Assembly: GCA_951406725.2 (NCBI GenBank)
Contig: OX597818.1
Coordinates: 16,120,001-16,184,000, forward strand
Origin: Octopus vulgaris
Taxonomy: Eukaryota
Reading direction: 5' to 3'
Length of the DNA: 64,000 nucleotides
Shown here: positions 26,573 through 42,396 of the stretch, piece by piece
Numbering within the stretch: position 1 is the first letter of the stretch
How the letters are laid out: every line of letters begins with the position of its first letter
Notes under the pieces: generated by a model
The model's database searches: none
Seen by the model: the letters and a program-made list of their open reading frames with translations, nothing else
Told to the model about the DNA's origin: nothing
Made by a program: the position numbers and the translations under genes

Positions 26573-28299
26573 GGCCACATTAAAGGTATATAAAGTCACA
26601 GCCTTGTTTTATATATTCTTTATACCGGTTTTCCTGTCAAATGATATTACAGCCTTCTGAGTAGAGTCACATGAGATGGAATACAACCTATTCATCTAAA
26701 ATATAAAACAACTGCTGTGTAATCCACTCTCTTTGGATTACACAGCAATCACTGATGATTGTACGACTAAAATTGAAACCGTAGGTAGAAACATAACATT
26801 AATACTTGTTATTATTAACATTTACACATATTCTCTGTGTTTAACGAAATATATTCCGAAAAAGCAATTCTTATAATAGACGAAGTGTCCCGCTGTGATA
26901 TATCAACTGTGGTTTTATTTTGTAACAAAATTAGGCTGGCCACGACAGATGAAAACAGAAGAAATTTGAAAATACAATACAAAATAAAACTTAAGAAGGC
27001 AGAAGTTTTTTTGCTAAACGTTCACTGTCACAAAGATGTGATAGAACTTAAATTAACATAAATGCCTAGAGTTCATGTTAACACAAATTTTCATAGGCAC
27101 ATTAATAGGAAACAGGAAAAATATGCATCGTGTCATAACGTACGTATACTTTTTCATATGTCTATGTTAGAGTCTCTAGCCGACAACATGCAATGTGAGT
27201 GAGAGCATACATCTCATTATGTATGCAAGGGCAAATGTATATGCTGTGTGAGAATGTATTCTTTTCACTTGTTAAGGTTATCTCTACAGATTTTCAATAG
27301 AAATTATAGCCAGCATTGATTTTGTTACGACGTTTCATATCAAAGACGTCAGATGTAAACAAACAATGATATCATGGATGAAAACTAGGTAATGGGCGTA
27401 TATAACCTTTTAGGAGTTTAATATACTTTGTAGTATACTATGGTTGCATAGCGAAATACCATGTCCCTACCGGTCAATATTTGCTCGACGTTGCGTTTTT
27501 ATTCTTGTCTTCTGTTTCATTTTGACATGCGCATTGTGTGTTTATTCTTGTCTTCCGTTTTACAAATTGAGTGTGCACATGCGCATTGCGTATTGATTCT
27601 TCTTTTTCCGGTTCCTACTCAGAACTGCTTACAGATCACAACATCTCACGAACGTTGTTCGTGAGGAGCGCTTAGCGCTCCGATGGCTGTGAAAAAATAT
27701 TGACAATTGGCTTCCTTAGCTGAAAATGATAGTATCTGCTATGCATGCGTAAAAAAATTCAATAAAATTCAAGAACACCAATCGAATCCAAATGTACGCA
27801 TAACATTCTTTTTGTACAAAACTTGTCAAGACTGCCGTTAAAGCGCGAAAGGGGAATGACCGTTACTGATTGAACGAAATCGATGTCAAAAGACGAGTCA
27901 TGAAATTGTGTATGTGACTCAGGTAATCGATCTAAGAACCGATGACTATGAACTGTGCTGCTAAACGTGGTTATTTATATTGATTACTTATATAATACGT
28001 TCGACACTATCGATTGATCACTGTCTGTTTCGAGAATGCAAAGACCTATGTATGTATGTATGTATGTATGTATGCATGTATGTATGTATGTATGTATGTA
28101 TGTATGTATGTATGTATGTATGTATGTATGTATGTATGTATGTGTGTATGTATGTCATTATTCAGTTTTATTTCAAGATTTCTTGCCAATAGAGAAAGAG
28201 CCGGTTTCTAACTTAGATCCAAGTCTCGTTCATTGGCTTTTCAACATCAGCAATAGGATATTTTGGTATGTATGTATGTATGTATGTATGTATGTAGGC

Positions 28300-28384
<85 letters not shown>

Positions 28385-29440
28385 GCTAGCTATCTATCTA
28401 TCCGTGCAGATTTGTATGTTTTGTTTTATGTATGTCTTCTTATGCATATAGCCACATATCTAGACATGCTCATATATCCTTAAACGATAGACTTCTTTTA
28501 CAGATTTTTTCAGTTTCAGTAATGGTTTGGATCTGTAATCTACGAATCAGCTTAGTTTGCATTTTTTAGGGTCCATTGACATATGGTGTGGGCTTTACAA
28601 CTCTTTTATACTTGACTGTATGTGACGTGGTGTTAGACTTCAAACCCCATACATGGCTAGTAAGCTTAGTGACTTTACTTTTGTCCCTGTGTCGGAAGGA
28701 AGATATGTGGTTAGCATATCCGATGTCACTCTTCTTTTAGGTTATGTTATCAACTAGCATTGCTGCAACTTCAGCCTCATATACGACAGATTTAATCATG
28801 CACCTCTGGCCGAATAGACAGGTTCCTGGGTCTCTACAGTTATAAATGGGCGTACACTCTTGGTGAAAATTACCGCTTAACGATGCTCTTCATATTGGAA
28901 CAGCATCTATGTGATAATTTGACTGAGCGCCTGTTGAATATCATTCTGTACCTGTGATTTACGGGAAAATGTTTATCTTAAGGAGACAGTAATGTTTCAC
29001 CTATGTTGGGTTTAACATTAAAGGAAAGGGGAGAGGGTCAAACCAAATTATTCTCCTAGACCTATTTTTAGGTTCATTTTTATTCCTCTATATTTTTATC
29101 CCTTTATATATCGAGATCGTTTCTTGATAAAGTGATAAAGCGTCTAAAATTACATTTTGATATAGAGCAGATTCTTGAAAATAAAAAGAAAAAGAAAAGT
29201 GAGATCGTCTGAAGTGTAACGACTGATGGTAACTTAAATTATCTCAAGAAAGGGACTTTCTATATAAACTTAATGCTTTAACCTGAAAAGTGAATATGAG
29301 GTTCATAGTACGTTGTGGATGAATCATCTAATTTGTACGAGACGAGAAGTAGTCTAATACAGGAAACAGGTGTGCTTCCATTTATAATTGGAACTTATTC
29401 ATAAATGTCCCTGAAAAGCAAAATGCGATTAAAAGTTTCA

Positions 29441-29530
<90 letters not shown>

Positions 29531-32234
29531 GGAGAGAGAAAGAGGCCTGTGAAACGGATGAGCTCTCTACAGGGTCTCTCACTATCACAATAATATATAT
29601 ACCAACTGTATACTGAGTCCGTGTCTTTCCAGGTCCATACTAGTTATATTGAGTATGTATGTATGTATGTATGTGTGTGTGTGTGTGTGCATCGCGTAAA
29701 GGTTAAAATGAGAAGTTATTGAAGACGTAAAGCTCAATAATTTTGAAAGAATTTTAATTTGAGTAAAACATGTTACGTGTGAAAGGAAAACAGAGTCAAA
29801 GAAATATTTACCTTGGTCAGAAAGGAATGTATGAAATATGAAATAATATACTTTAAAAGAACTACATACAGTAATAAGTAAATATCTCCCAAGTAGTGCA
29901 GTTTTTTCAATTTAAAGCGATTATCATTAAAACTCTTATGATGAGTACCTGTATTAAGTGGATGGGAAATAAACTTTTTCGTGGATATGATGCCAGCCTG
30001 TTGTCAGAGTCATGCCAGCCTGTTGTCGATAATTCCGACATATTGTAGACGGATTTTTGTTACAAAAATCGAGATCCTTGGAGCTTTTATTTGTAGTTAG
30101 GAATCTACAATATCAGTAAAAGTTCAACTATTCGAACGAAATGTTGATGTTTCATTTAAACAAAATGCTGAATAATAATAGGTGAAAGTGACGGCATGCC
30201 ATAGTGCTTAAGTATTCTCTTTGGGCACTAATGATGCATGATTTCAACTCGATACCAAAACCAGGTTACTTTGTATGATTCGTTGAGTCTAAATAAAATA
30301 TCGATACCTAACTTTGGCACACGATCACTCTTTTGTGACGGGATTAAGTCCAAAACAAAATTAGGCTTAACGGAAGTTGGGATTTATTTTATCAGCGTAA
30401 AGAGATACGAAGGAAAAGTTTACGCTGGTAGGTTCTGAATTTAGCATATATTTAATCGGAAATTCTATCGTATCAGGCAAGCACCTATTCCAAGTAAAAT
30501 ATTGATTTCTACCATTGACATGCTTTTGTCGGGGAGGTTTAGTCGATTTATTCGACTTCATTACTTGACTGGTATTTTATTTTATCAATACCCGAAGTAT
30601 GAAAGATAAAATTGGTTATTGCGGAATTATGAACTCAGAACTTAAAAGGCAATAATTAAACACCAGACGGCAATTTGTTTGACGCTTTAACAATTCTGCC
30701 AATCCTTCCGAGCAAAATATTAATTTTTTTAACTTACCTCAAACTGAGCCCCTTTTCTTTGTATTAACACATGAATACCTTGGTGGGGGTGGGGGGTGAT
30801 AAAAATAATTGTCACCATAATAGTAGCAACTGTTCTAATGTTTAAATTATCATATATATTATCATGGTTATTGTGTATCGATCTGTTTTTCTTTTATGAA
30901 TATGAAATATTTTTGTAATTAATTCAGTAATAAGCAGATGGTTTATGTTTAAAATTAACTGAATAGAAATTTAGGGCATATTTTTCCATATTTGAACAAA
31001 AACATAACGTCTCTCTATACATATTCATTAATTGTATGTGGATTAGGCGTCATTACATTTAACACCAACATAACAGTATCTTACACTGTTACTCTGTTTT
31101 TTACTGATGTGCCTGTTTAATATATGGGGAAATATTCTCACGTTTATTTTCAAGCGAGCATTTTCCAAACTAGTTTTCGGTTCAACCGCCCAATCAGCAG
31201 CTGCAAGGTATTTTATGAGAATACGTGCATCCAAGCAAAAGAAAAAATCTAAATCGAACTCTTCCAAAACCCCAGATTCAAGAAGCAAAACAAATAGCCA
31301 AAGAACTCACAGACATCGTTAGCTTGCTTTCTCATTAATTTCAATTGACAAAGGTTTATCTGAATTATATTTGCTTGGAAATATTTTCCTCAGCAACAAC
31401 TAACCAAGAAATTTGGACTTATATAAATTAATCTTCATCGAGAAATTACGTCTTCCTTGAAACTGTTCTTCTTAAACTGAACTTTGCTTTTTTCCCGAAT
31501 TAGTCTTCCTATAGACGCTACACTCTTGAGAAGAAATGCCCTCTTGCTGTATTGAATTTCCTAAGGATTAACTTGGCTTGAATTTAAATCTTCAAATTGA
31601 TATCCATACGAGATTATTCTACTGCGAAACTTGATTTTTCGTTGAAATTAGTATTATTATAAAACGAATTTACTTGTGCAACAGACTCTACGTTAAAAGT
31701 AATCTAGTCGAGAGGTCGTACTGAGTGTGTCAGCCAAAATGGCCAGGTCAGAAAAGAGCGAGAAGTGGCGTCGTCGGTTCCGTTACGCAATTACTGTCAT
31801 TGGACCTTGTTTGATTATTTTCCTTGTTGCATTTTGCTGCTTATGCAGATGTTAACCAGAGAAAATGCCATGTATTCATGTAGAACGTGCTAAAACACAA
31901 ATAGCAAATCTTTTTTATTCAGCATGGATATCCAACACTTTGGTGCGTTTTTGTTCTTTTTGTTTTTATTCGTTTCTATTACTAATCACTGTTGTAAAAT
32001 ATATTTTCCAACTAAAATTGATGAAATAGAAGAAAGAGTAGCGCCTCGGACTAAATGTTATTCAGCATTTCACTTCATCCCTCTGCATTTTGAGTTTAAA
32101 TTGAGTTTAAATCGAGCGTGGTCGACTTTGATTTTCATCGAGCAAGAAAAGATAAAATTCCTACCAGACATATAACGAGATAAATTTTATAGACTAAACC
32201 GAATAACTACAACATTTCTCTTCCAAATTAGATA

Positions 32235-32318
<84 letters not shown>

Positions 32319-32578
32319 CCCTTTCTTTTTGCACACACACAAACACACACATACATACATACATATATGTATATGTACACACATGCGCCCACACCCAACG
32401 AACGCACACAAACACACACGCATGTATATACACACATACATACACAAATACACACGTAAGCATTTAATTCAACTTTGTGTGCTGGTAGTGCAGGACTTGG
32501 AATTTTTCAGAATTAAACGATATGTTATTATGTTATTGTCCCTACCCCACCTGTATATTGTGTCCGACTACCGTTGCA

Positions 32579-32627
<49 letters not shown>

Positions 32628-32756
32628 TTTTGGCCTTCATACAGGTAAGAAGGAATAAACATCCCTCTGTGATTCATCCAATAATGCAGTATCATCTCAT
32701 GAAATGAACCAATGATGATGATCAACCGGATGCCCACGGATAATACGGATTATACT

Positions 32757-32990
32757 TATTTCTTTACTGCCTACAAGGGGCTAAACACAGAGAGGACAAA
32801 CAAATACAGACAAACAGATTAAGTCGATTATATCGACCCCAGTGCGTAACTGGTACTTATTTAATCGACCCCGAAAGGATGAAAGGCATAGTCGACCTCG
32901 GCGGAATTTGAACTCAGAACGTAACAGCAGACGAAATACGGCTACGCATTTCGCCCGGCATGCTAACGTTTCTGCCAGCTCACCGCCTTA
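32757..32990 (-). mobile_element. Full-length family B SINE
   Basis: Near-identical to 22875-23091 and 41514-41747. Confidence 0.88.
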
Positions 32991-33298
32991 CGGATTATAC
33001 TGTACCAAGGGTACCGACTCGGATGTCAGAATCATGTGATTTGTAGAAACGTGCTTAGCAATGTATTAAATATCGATAAATTCCATCCTAGAATTATTGT
33101 TATTATTATATTCATCCTACATTATACCGGTATAACAATGATGCAGCCCCGGGAAACTAACTTACTAGTCAGTATCATGGTGGCTGGCATAATAGGAGGT
33201 TTATTTGCATTCCCTAACGTTACTATAAACAAATTTAAAAGATAGACATACATACGTACATACATACATACATACATACATACATACATACATACATT

Positions 33299-33343
<45 letters not shown>

Positions 33344-33354
33344 GTGTGTGTGTG

Positions 33355-33640
33355 GAGGCGCAATGGCCCACTGGTTAGGGCAGAGGACTCGCGGTCGGAG
33401 GATCGCGGTTTCAATTCACAGACCGGGCGTTGTGTGTGTTTATTGGGCGAAAACACCTAAAGCTCCACGAGGCTCCGGCAGGAGGTGGTGGCAACACCTG
33501 TTGTACTCTTTCCCCCCAACTTTCTCTAAATCCTTCTTCCTGTTTCTTGAGTAACGCTGCGTCCCGTCCAGCTGGGGGGAACACATACGCCATAGAAACA
33601 GGGAAACCTGACCCATGAGCCTGGCTAGGATTCAAAAGGA
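33355..33640 (+). mobile_element. tRNA-derived SINE (family C)
   Basis: GGAGGCGCAATGGCCCACTGGTTAGG head; 3' part homologous to 8737-8984. Confidence 0.78.
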
Positions 33641-33650
33641 CGCATAAATA

Positions 33651-33692
<42 letters not shown>

Positions 33693-33820
33693 ATGTGTGT
33701 ATGTGTGCGTGTGTGCGTGGGAGTGTGAAAAATACTTATACGTATAAAAGTTTTGCGTAATTAAAGCAAGTTTAAATTTTTAACGTAAGTCTAACATATA
33801 TATAGATATACACATACACA

Positions 33821-33859
<39 letters not shown>

Positions 33860-33923
33860 TGATAGAAATAATAAGACAAAAGAATGAAAGAGACCTCGAT
33901 ATTATGTAAGTAGAAGAATTTAC

Positions 33924-33957
<34 letters not shown>

Positions 33958-34234
33958 TCATATACATACATGTACAACCATGCACATATATATTGTGAAA
34001 TTAGAATTTTTTTACTGTTAAATAAAATTTCATCAAACTATTTCTCTGTCATTTCGTCTGTAGAATATTTCGATTCCATGATTTTGGCCCTCTGACAAGA
34101 TCATATGATCAAAATTTGCTGCATTTTACTGGCTGTCACTAATCATTAATTATAAATATTCTTGTACAGCATTTTACATCTTGAGTTGTTTACATGCACA
34201 CACACACACACGCATATATACATACATACATACA

Positions 34235-35151
<917 letters not shown>

Positions 35152-35588
35152 TATACATGCATACATATATATAATATATAATTAAGAAGAATAAGAGGAA
35201 TGACCACTAAAGTGGATTCCTATATGCTAAGGATAGACGTCAAATTACCTTACCACGAAGAGTGTGTTCTCAAGAAAAACGTCCCTCATTTAATTTTACA
35301 TATATGTATATATATATATATATTTATATATCCTTTAAGCCTGTTTATGTGAAACGTTTTTGAGTGAACTCATAAAATCTCTTATGCTACGGCATATTGT
35401 TTCTATCTTGCATTGTTCTCGTCAATACAATATTCATGAGGAAACGAACACATGTATTAATCTTCTTAAAATCCATGGGTGAGGAATATAACAACTAAAT
35501 CATGGAGTTTGTGGAAACGTTTGTAGCAATGCATTAAAAGATTTATGAATTTCCATTCGAAAATACTTGTTATCACACACACACACAC

Positions 35589-35670
<82 letters not shown>

Positions 35671-35691
35671 GTAATAATAATAATAATAATA

Positions 35692-35730
<39 letters not shown>

Positions 35731-35739
35731 GGTTTTTCC

Positions 35740-35972
35740 TCGAGCTATGCCAGGCTCCTAAGGGCCGGTTTCTCGGTTTCTCGTATATATTCCCCACATA
35801 GACGGGTCGCCGATCCGTCACGAGATTACTTACTTTTGTCAGCTGAGTGGACTGGATCAACGTGAAATGAAGTGTTTTGCTCAAAAACACAACGCATCGC
35901 CCGATCCAGAAATCGAAACCACAATCTTAAGATCATGAGTCCAACATCCTAAGCACTAAGCCACGCGCCTCC
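35740..35972 (-). mobile_element. tRNA-derived SINE (family C)
   Basis: Head GGAGGCGCGTGGCTTAGTG on the - strand; homologous to 8737-8984. Confidence 0.8.
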
Positions 35973-35973
35973 A

Positions 35974-36070
<97 letters not shown>

Positions 36071-36779
36071 TGTATGTATGTATTACGATATATATACGTA
36101 TATATACATGCATATGTACGTATATAAATATCCATACATATAACATATATGTACATTTGGACGTATATATGCATATACCTATATATATATATATATATAT
36201 ATAAAATTTATATATATTATATATAATATTTTATGCATATGTGTGTGAGTGTGTGCTCGCGTGTCTGTGTGTGTGTACGCGTGCGCGCGTGTTCGTGTAG
36301 ATTGAAACCCTATTTGAAAGTTTATTAAAACATTATTGATAAAAAATTCAATACAGAATATAGTGCAGCTGCTAATTTTACGTAATTCTATATCATAAAA
36401 AAGCATATAAGTTACATATTAGTTTTACTAGATATACCGGCCTATCCAAACTGTATTTTTTAGGATTGAAAGTTTAGCTTAAGAGAGTAATTTGAAAAAT
36501 ACTAATAAACGTTGCTTAAACGGTTCTTAGTGGGTTAGGAAGTGGGAAGAGGTGGGTTTATAGTAAGCTATTGATTGAGGCAGAATAATTAAAACAATGA
36601 GGGTGATTCTAATGAGCATATGTGTACATGTGCGTGCATGCCTAAGTTCGTGTATCTTTGGGCTGTGTGTGTACTAGACTTTTAGAATCGAAAGATTAAT
36701 TATGGTGGGTATATTTCGTAGAATAGTTGTTTTTAATAATCAAGGGTAGATATGGCAGGCGTGGTAATTTAAGTTACAT

Positions 36780-37400
36780 TTTTATATACAAATGTGATGT
36801 ATATGGACAGATTGCCAGTGATATTGCCTGGTCACATTGGATGTTTTGGCTTTCCAACTACCTTATGCTCTCACTCTATACATACACACAAATACACATG
36901 CGCACACATGGTGATTGTCTACTCCTTATGCAGAGTTTGACCACCTCCTGTACCTACACCTTAGAACCATCATGGCATCTGATGTGGCATTTTAAACCAG
37001 ACAAAGTTTTGAAAAGACACCCACATAAAATGCATATCCAATTTGGACCACCAAGAGCTAGTTAAGTTCAGATCTTTGTGGATCTTAAAATGTCTCTTGA
37101 GGCCTCCGTTAGAGTTGCAGACCTTTTTGCATACATTGCATTGAAAGGTGTGCACAGACATATAGGCAGAATAGTTGGAGGATGCCCTTTTTCCATGGGT
37201 TCGCAAATGAGATTTGAGCCCAGCAAAAGAAAAGCTTGGTCTGTCACAAACTGCACACAAAAAGGTTATTGTGATTCACCTTCTCGATCGTAACATTCTT
37301 CCTTAAATCTCTCTTGATTCTTGCATGCGTTATCTTGGCCCCTTCGAACGTTTTCACTCCACTCCATACTTTTGTTCCCCAAAAGTGTGGAGTGGAGTGT
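36780..37400 (-). mobile_element. 3' end of probable RTE-type LINE with three tandem C2H2 zinc fingers (frameshifted)
   Basis: WSGVKTFEGAKITHARIKRDLRK followed by CAVC..AGLKSHLRTH, CNVCKKVCNSNGGLKRHFKIH and CILC..LSGLKCHIRCH. Confidence 0.65.
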
Positions 37401-37913
37401 ATACATACATACATACATACATACATACATACATACATACATACATACATACACACACACATACATACACACATACATACATACATACATACATACATAC
37501 ATACATACATACATACATACATACACATACATACATACACACACATACATACATACATTCATTCATATATTTTTACTTACAGGTGACTGTCACAAGTTAT
37601 TACAATATAAAAATATGTATATATTTAACTATATTTTGTATTAAATTACTCGCACGTGTATTGTATACATGAGTATGTATGTGCATAAGTATATGTATAT
37701 ATGTATATATATATATGAATAAACAAGTCAAGATAGAAAATGCTAAAATAATTTTATAAAGAACATTTCAGTACCGTTTCAGTCATTTGAGACCTTTTCA
37801 ACTGTAACAATTAAATAATTAAATTTAGAAAAATTAAAAGAAAAGGTTTTTAAAAGAATATTTGTATAGTGTTCAAATATAAGTGGCATTTTCCTTATTT
37901 CTGCCTTTCTCTG

Positions 37914-37962
<49 letters not shown>

Positions 37963-38147
37963 CATCCATCCATCCATTCATCCATCCAACCATCCATCTA
38001 TGCTCGTTAGCAAAGCAGTTATCAATCAATTTATCTCGCTGTTTACATATTCTGCAATTAAGTGGACTGAATCATCGAGTGTATTAGTGCTATATCCAGC
38101 ACCCTGGCTGCAGGATATGTGTTTGAACTCCTCTCTTAAAAAAAAAA

Positions 38148-38227
<80 letters not shown>

Positions 38228-39019
38228 TGAGAGAGAGAGAGGTGGGGAGAAAAAGAGAGGAAGAGCAATTTCACTTTAAATATCAAGCCAGCTGTCGTTC
38301 TCAGCCAAATGAATCTATGAAAGTGTATCGATATCACAAAATTCCTTATAGCTCTCACAACACCCTTTCCATATTTGATAATTTCTTGCTGCATATCAAA
38401 TATACACGTTGGTGTTTCGGGTTACCAAAATCTATATCCATTTATTTTGCAGCTGGCCCCATTCAAATATTTCGAATTTTGCTTGCTTGTTTTACTTTTT
38501 CGATTGAATTGCACTTGGGATTGAATTGCACGCGTTAACAGGGAATTTGTATCTTCGGATGTTTAAGTTTAAGTTGTAATTCTAAAACACGTTTTCTTGA
38601 AAACCTCTTACTTAATGTCCATTCACACACATAGATATACACTCACACATATATGACATCTATATAACATAACTAATGTACGTACATCGTCGACAGGCAA
38701 GACACTACGGTTTTCGTCCGAGATAAAATATTTTATGGACGTGCTGTGTTAAAAACACTATATATATATTAGAGACAGACGAAAGACGCCCCAGCAGCTA
38801 ATGAGAACACAAGATACATTTCGACCTTCTTGGGGCTTGCCGATCAAGTGTCCTCGCAGTTACATGCCTGGATGAAATCGGTCACCTTTAACATAGGAAA
38901 CAGCGAATAATACATTTACTAATGTTTCAATTAATCGTCAGCTAAATAAATAACCCGGTTCACACAACTGAAGCAACATTAAATGAAAGCAATCATCTAT
39001 GTATCACATTTAATGTATA

Positions 39020-39657
39020 TACTCTTTTACGCTTTTACTTGTTTCAGTCATTTGACTGTGGTCATGCTGGCCTTTAGTCGAGCAAATCGACCCCCAGGAC
39101 TTATTCTTTGTAAGCCTAGTACTTATTCTATCGGTCTCTTTTGTCGAACCGCTAAGTTATGGGGACGTAAACACACGAGCATCGGTTGTCAAGCGATATT
39201 GGTGGTGGTGGTGGTGGTGGGGCAAACACAGACACACAAACACACATACATATATGTATATATATACATATATACGATGGGCTTCTTTCAGTTTCCGTCT
39301 ACCAAATTCACTCACAAAGCTTTGGTCAGCCCGAGGCTATAGTAGAAAGCACTTTCGCAAGGTGTCACGCAGTGGGACTGAACCCGAAACCATGTGGTTC
39401 GTAAGCAAGCTACTTACCACACAGCCACTCCGACGCCTATATTACTCGTTTACTCGTTTACTTGTTTCAGTCATTTGACTGCGGCCATGCTGGATCACCG
39501 CCTTTAGTCGAGCAAATCGACCCTGGGACTTATTCTTTGTAAGCCCAGTACTTATTCTATCGGTCTCTTTTGCCGAACCGCTAAGTGACGGGGACGTAAA
39601 CACACCAGCATCGGTTGTCAAGCAATGCTAGAGGAACAAACACAGACACACAAACAT
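39020..39657 (-). mobile_element. Two tandem family A SINE copies (one full, one partial)
   Basis: Repeated TTTACTTGTTTCAGTCATTTGACTG...; homology to 10768-11142. Confidence 0.87.
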
Positions 39658-41331
39658 GACGTTTTTAACACAACACGCCTATAAGAGTGTTTACTTCAGA
39701 CAAAAATCGCAGCACTAGCTTGTCAATGATGTATATACTTTAAGTATGATACATACACAGCTATTTTAATGTCGTACAGCTTAAAACGTGTACACTGACT
39801 TACTAGAACAGTATTCAGTAATAGAGAGAATGAGAGAGAATGTGAGAGATAATTTTAAAAAGTACTTGATAATAGTACGTAGCAGATATAAGTAAAATAA
39901 TCAAATATAAAAGAAAAATATATGATACAAATTAACAGAATATGCTACATATAATGGATAACACTGTAACACTAATTAAATTATTACACCACATAAAACT
40001 AACTCGATTTTTGTGTTAGCTATGACGAATTTACAAGTGACGTTCATATCTTGTTTATATGCTAATATGTATTGGTCTATATTTTCTTTGATCTACGTTG
40101 CAAGATTAAATTCTCCTTCCTCGTCAAAGAAGTTCAACCAATAAGAGAATCCGGATTACAGACTGTCAACTTTGGTCTTTGGTGTTCGTCATTAACTAAG
40201 CCAAAATTTATTGTTGTTTTGTTCAGCACGAATGTTTTCATAGTTGTTTGTATGTATTAATGTCGTTAGTTGCCGCTAAACAATTTTGATCGAATGGATT
40301 CAACACGAATATTCCCTGCGTAACTATCTATCTATTAACTATGTAGGGCGGTATTGTACAGTATGATCTTCCGTTTTAAGACAGCAGAGCTGGATTGGAT
40401 GGAGGTTTAGCAGCTTTTTCTTGCAGTTTGAGAATCTGCATAGATGCTTATTAAAAGCGAGAATACGTCTTTTAAAGACGATAAGGTGCAATTTGAAAGA
40501 GATTTGGTCATTATTTAAAGCAAATCAAGAAGTCTGTTCGTGAAGCTTCTTCGATTCTTGTAGGCGAAGCGAATTCTGTAGAGCAGGGGTGAGGAACCAA
40601 TTTCAAGTGCATAGAACTAATGGGGCGCTTGTGTACTGAGAAAAATAACGTGTTTAAAATTCTAGAATTTCGTGTGTATTGTGTGTTTGTGTGTGTGTTG
40701 TATATGTGTGTATTTGTGTGTGTATGCGCGCGCGTGTATGAGAGAGAGAAAGAGAGAGGGAAAGAGAGAGAAAGAGTGAGAGAGAGAAAAAAGAGTGAAA
40801 GAGGAAGAGAGAGAATGTGTGTGTGTGTTATATTTTATTTTGTTACTAAATATTTTTAGATACGTCTAGATACAGAAGATAGAATGTCTTTGACCATAGG
40901 TCTGCTCGATTACGGCCGTTATGCTCTGCATAACAACGTCTATGACATACAGTAAAGGGATCTCCGTCTGTTTCGGCGGAAAAAAGATTCAATTATTAGA
41001 TCAATTAAATTACATGATCATTGTATTAACGTGCCCAGGAGCTGAGTATTCCGCAAACATGTGTACCATCAACTAATTCTCTGGTAGAATCAGCGTGGCA
41101 AGGTCGTACGTTGGAATTAAAGGTACAATCCATCCGGCAGGTTTACACACTCCTTCTATCGACCCAGTTTCGCTCATATGATTGCAATGATAAATGAAAC
41201 AAAGAAAAAAAAAAAGAAAAGAAATCTACCTAATCATGCTACCCAGTGAGATTGAACACGGGGCTGTATGATCGCAATACAAACTTTTTTTAGACATTCG
41301 GCCATGCTGTATCAACAGTGTAACAGGTATT

Positions 41332-41747
41332 ACCTATTTCTTTACTACCCACAAGGGGCTAAACACAGAGGACAAACAAGGACAGACAACCGGATTAAGT
41401 CGATTACATCGACCCCAGTGCGTAATTGGTACTTAATTTATCGACCCCAAAAGGTTGAAAGGCAAAGTTGACCTCGGCGGAATTTGAACTCAGAACGTAA
41501 CGACAGACGAAATACCTATTTCTTTACTACCCACAAGGGGCTAAACACAGAGGGAACAAACAAGGACAGACGACCGGATTAAGTCGATTACATCGACCCC
41601 AGTGCGTAGATGGTACTTAATTTATCGACCCCGAAAGGTTGAAAGGCAAAGTTGACCTCGGCGGAATTTAAACTCAGAACGTAACGGCAGACGAAATACG
41701 GCTACGCGTTTCGCCCGGCGCGCTAACGTTTCTGCCAGCTCGCCGCC
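41332..41747 (-). mobile_element. Tandem dimer of family B SINE
   Basis: Two units of about 180 bp; flanking duplication ACAGTGTAACAGGTATTAC near 41314 and 41753. Confidence 0.88.
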
Positions 41748-42170
41748 TTTCGACAGTGTAACAGGTATTACATCGATAACGCTTGAAACAACATCAGTTT
41801 TATGTTAGGAGTTTCTTTTAATATTCAGCTGTCGTTCTGTTACTGTTTTTCCAATGATTTGTGTCTGGTGTTGTTGCTGCTACTGTTGTTATTGTACTAG
41901 CTGTTGCATTTTACTCATGGATATAAATGGATGCTTGACTGAACACTTAGCCTACGCTATTCTCCTGTACATATCATACCATACGGCAGAATGGTATTGT
42001 TTAGATGTTTCTACAGACGAACAAAATTTATTTTGCTATAGAGTTATAGGAAGGATTCGGTAGGCCACGTGTATCCTTAACAGGACGATATATCCTTAAT
42101 GTAATGAACGGGGAGAAATACTGCTAAGCATTTTGTTTGGCAACAAACGATTTGGCCAACTCACTGCCTA

Positions 42171-42207
<37 letters not shown>

Positions 42208-42299
42208 GTAATATCAATAATAATAATAATAGTAATATCAATAATAATAATAATAATAATAGTAATATCAATAATAATAATAATAATAATAGTAATATC

Positions 42300-42334
<35 letters not shown>

Positions 42335-42360
42335 TAATAATAATAATTATAATAATGATG

Positions 42361-42394
<34 letters not shown>

Positions 42395-42396
<2 letters not shown>

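Noticed and set aside
32480-32525. VQDLEFFRIKR resembling gelsolin GLEIWRIE, a possible alternative exon
   Set aside because: No matching donor, it lies downstream of exon 2, and the similarity is too short.
33036-33245. Short hydrophobic ORF (LLVSIMVAGIIGGLFAF)
   Set aside because: No splice signals or homology recognised; likely chance.
38700-38760. GTCC...GGAC-GAAA on the - strand, like a hammerhead 3' half
   Set aside because: No CTGANGA box upstream of the stem.
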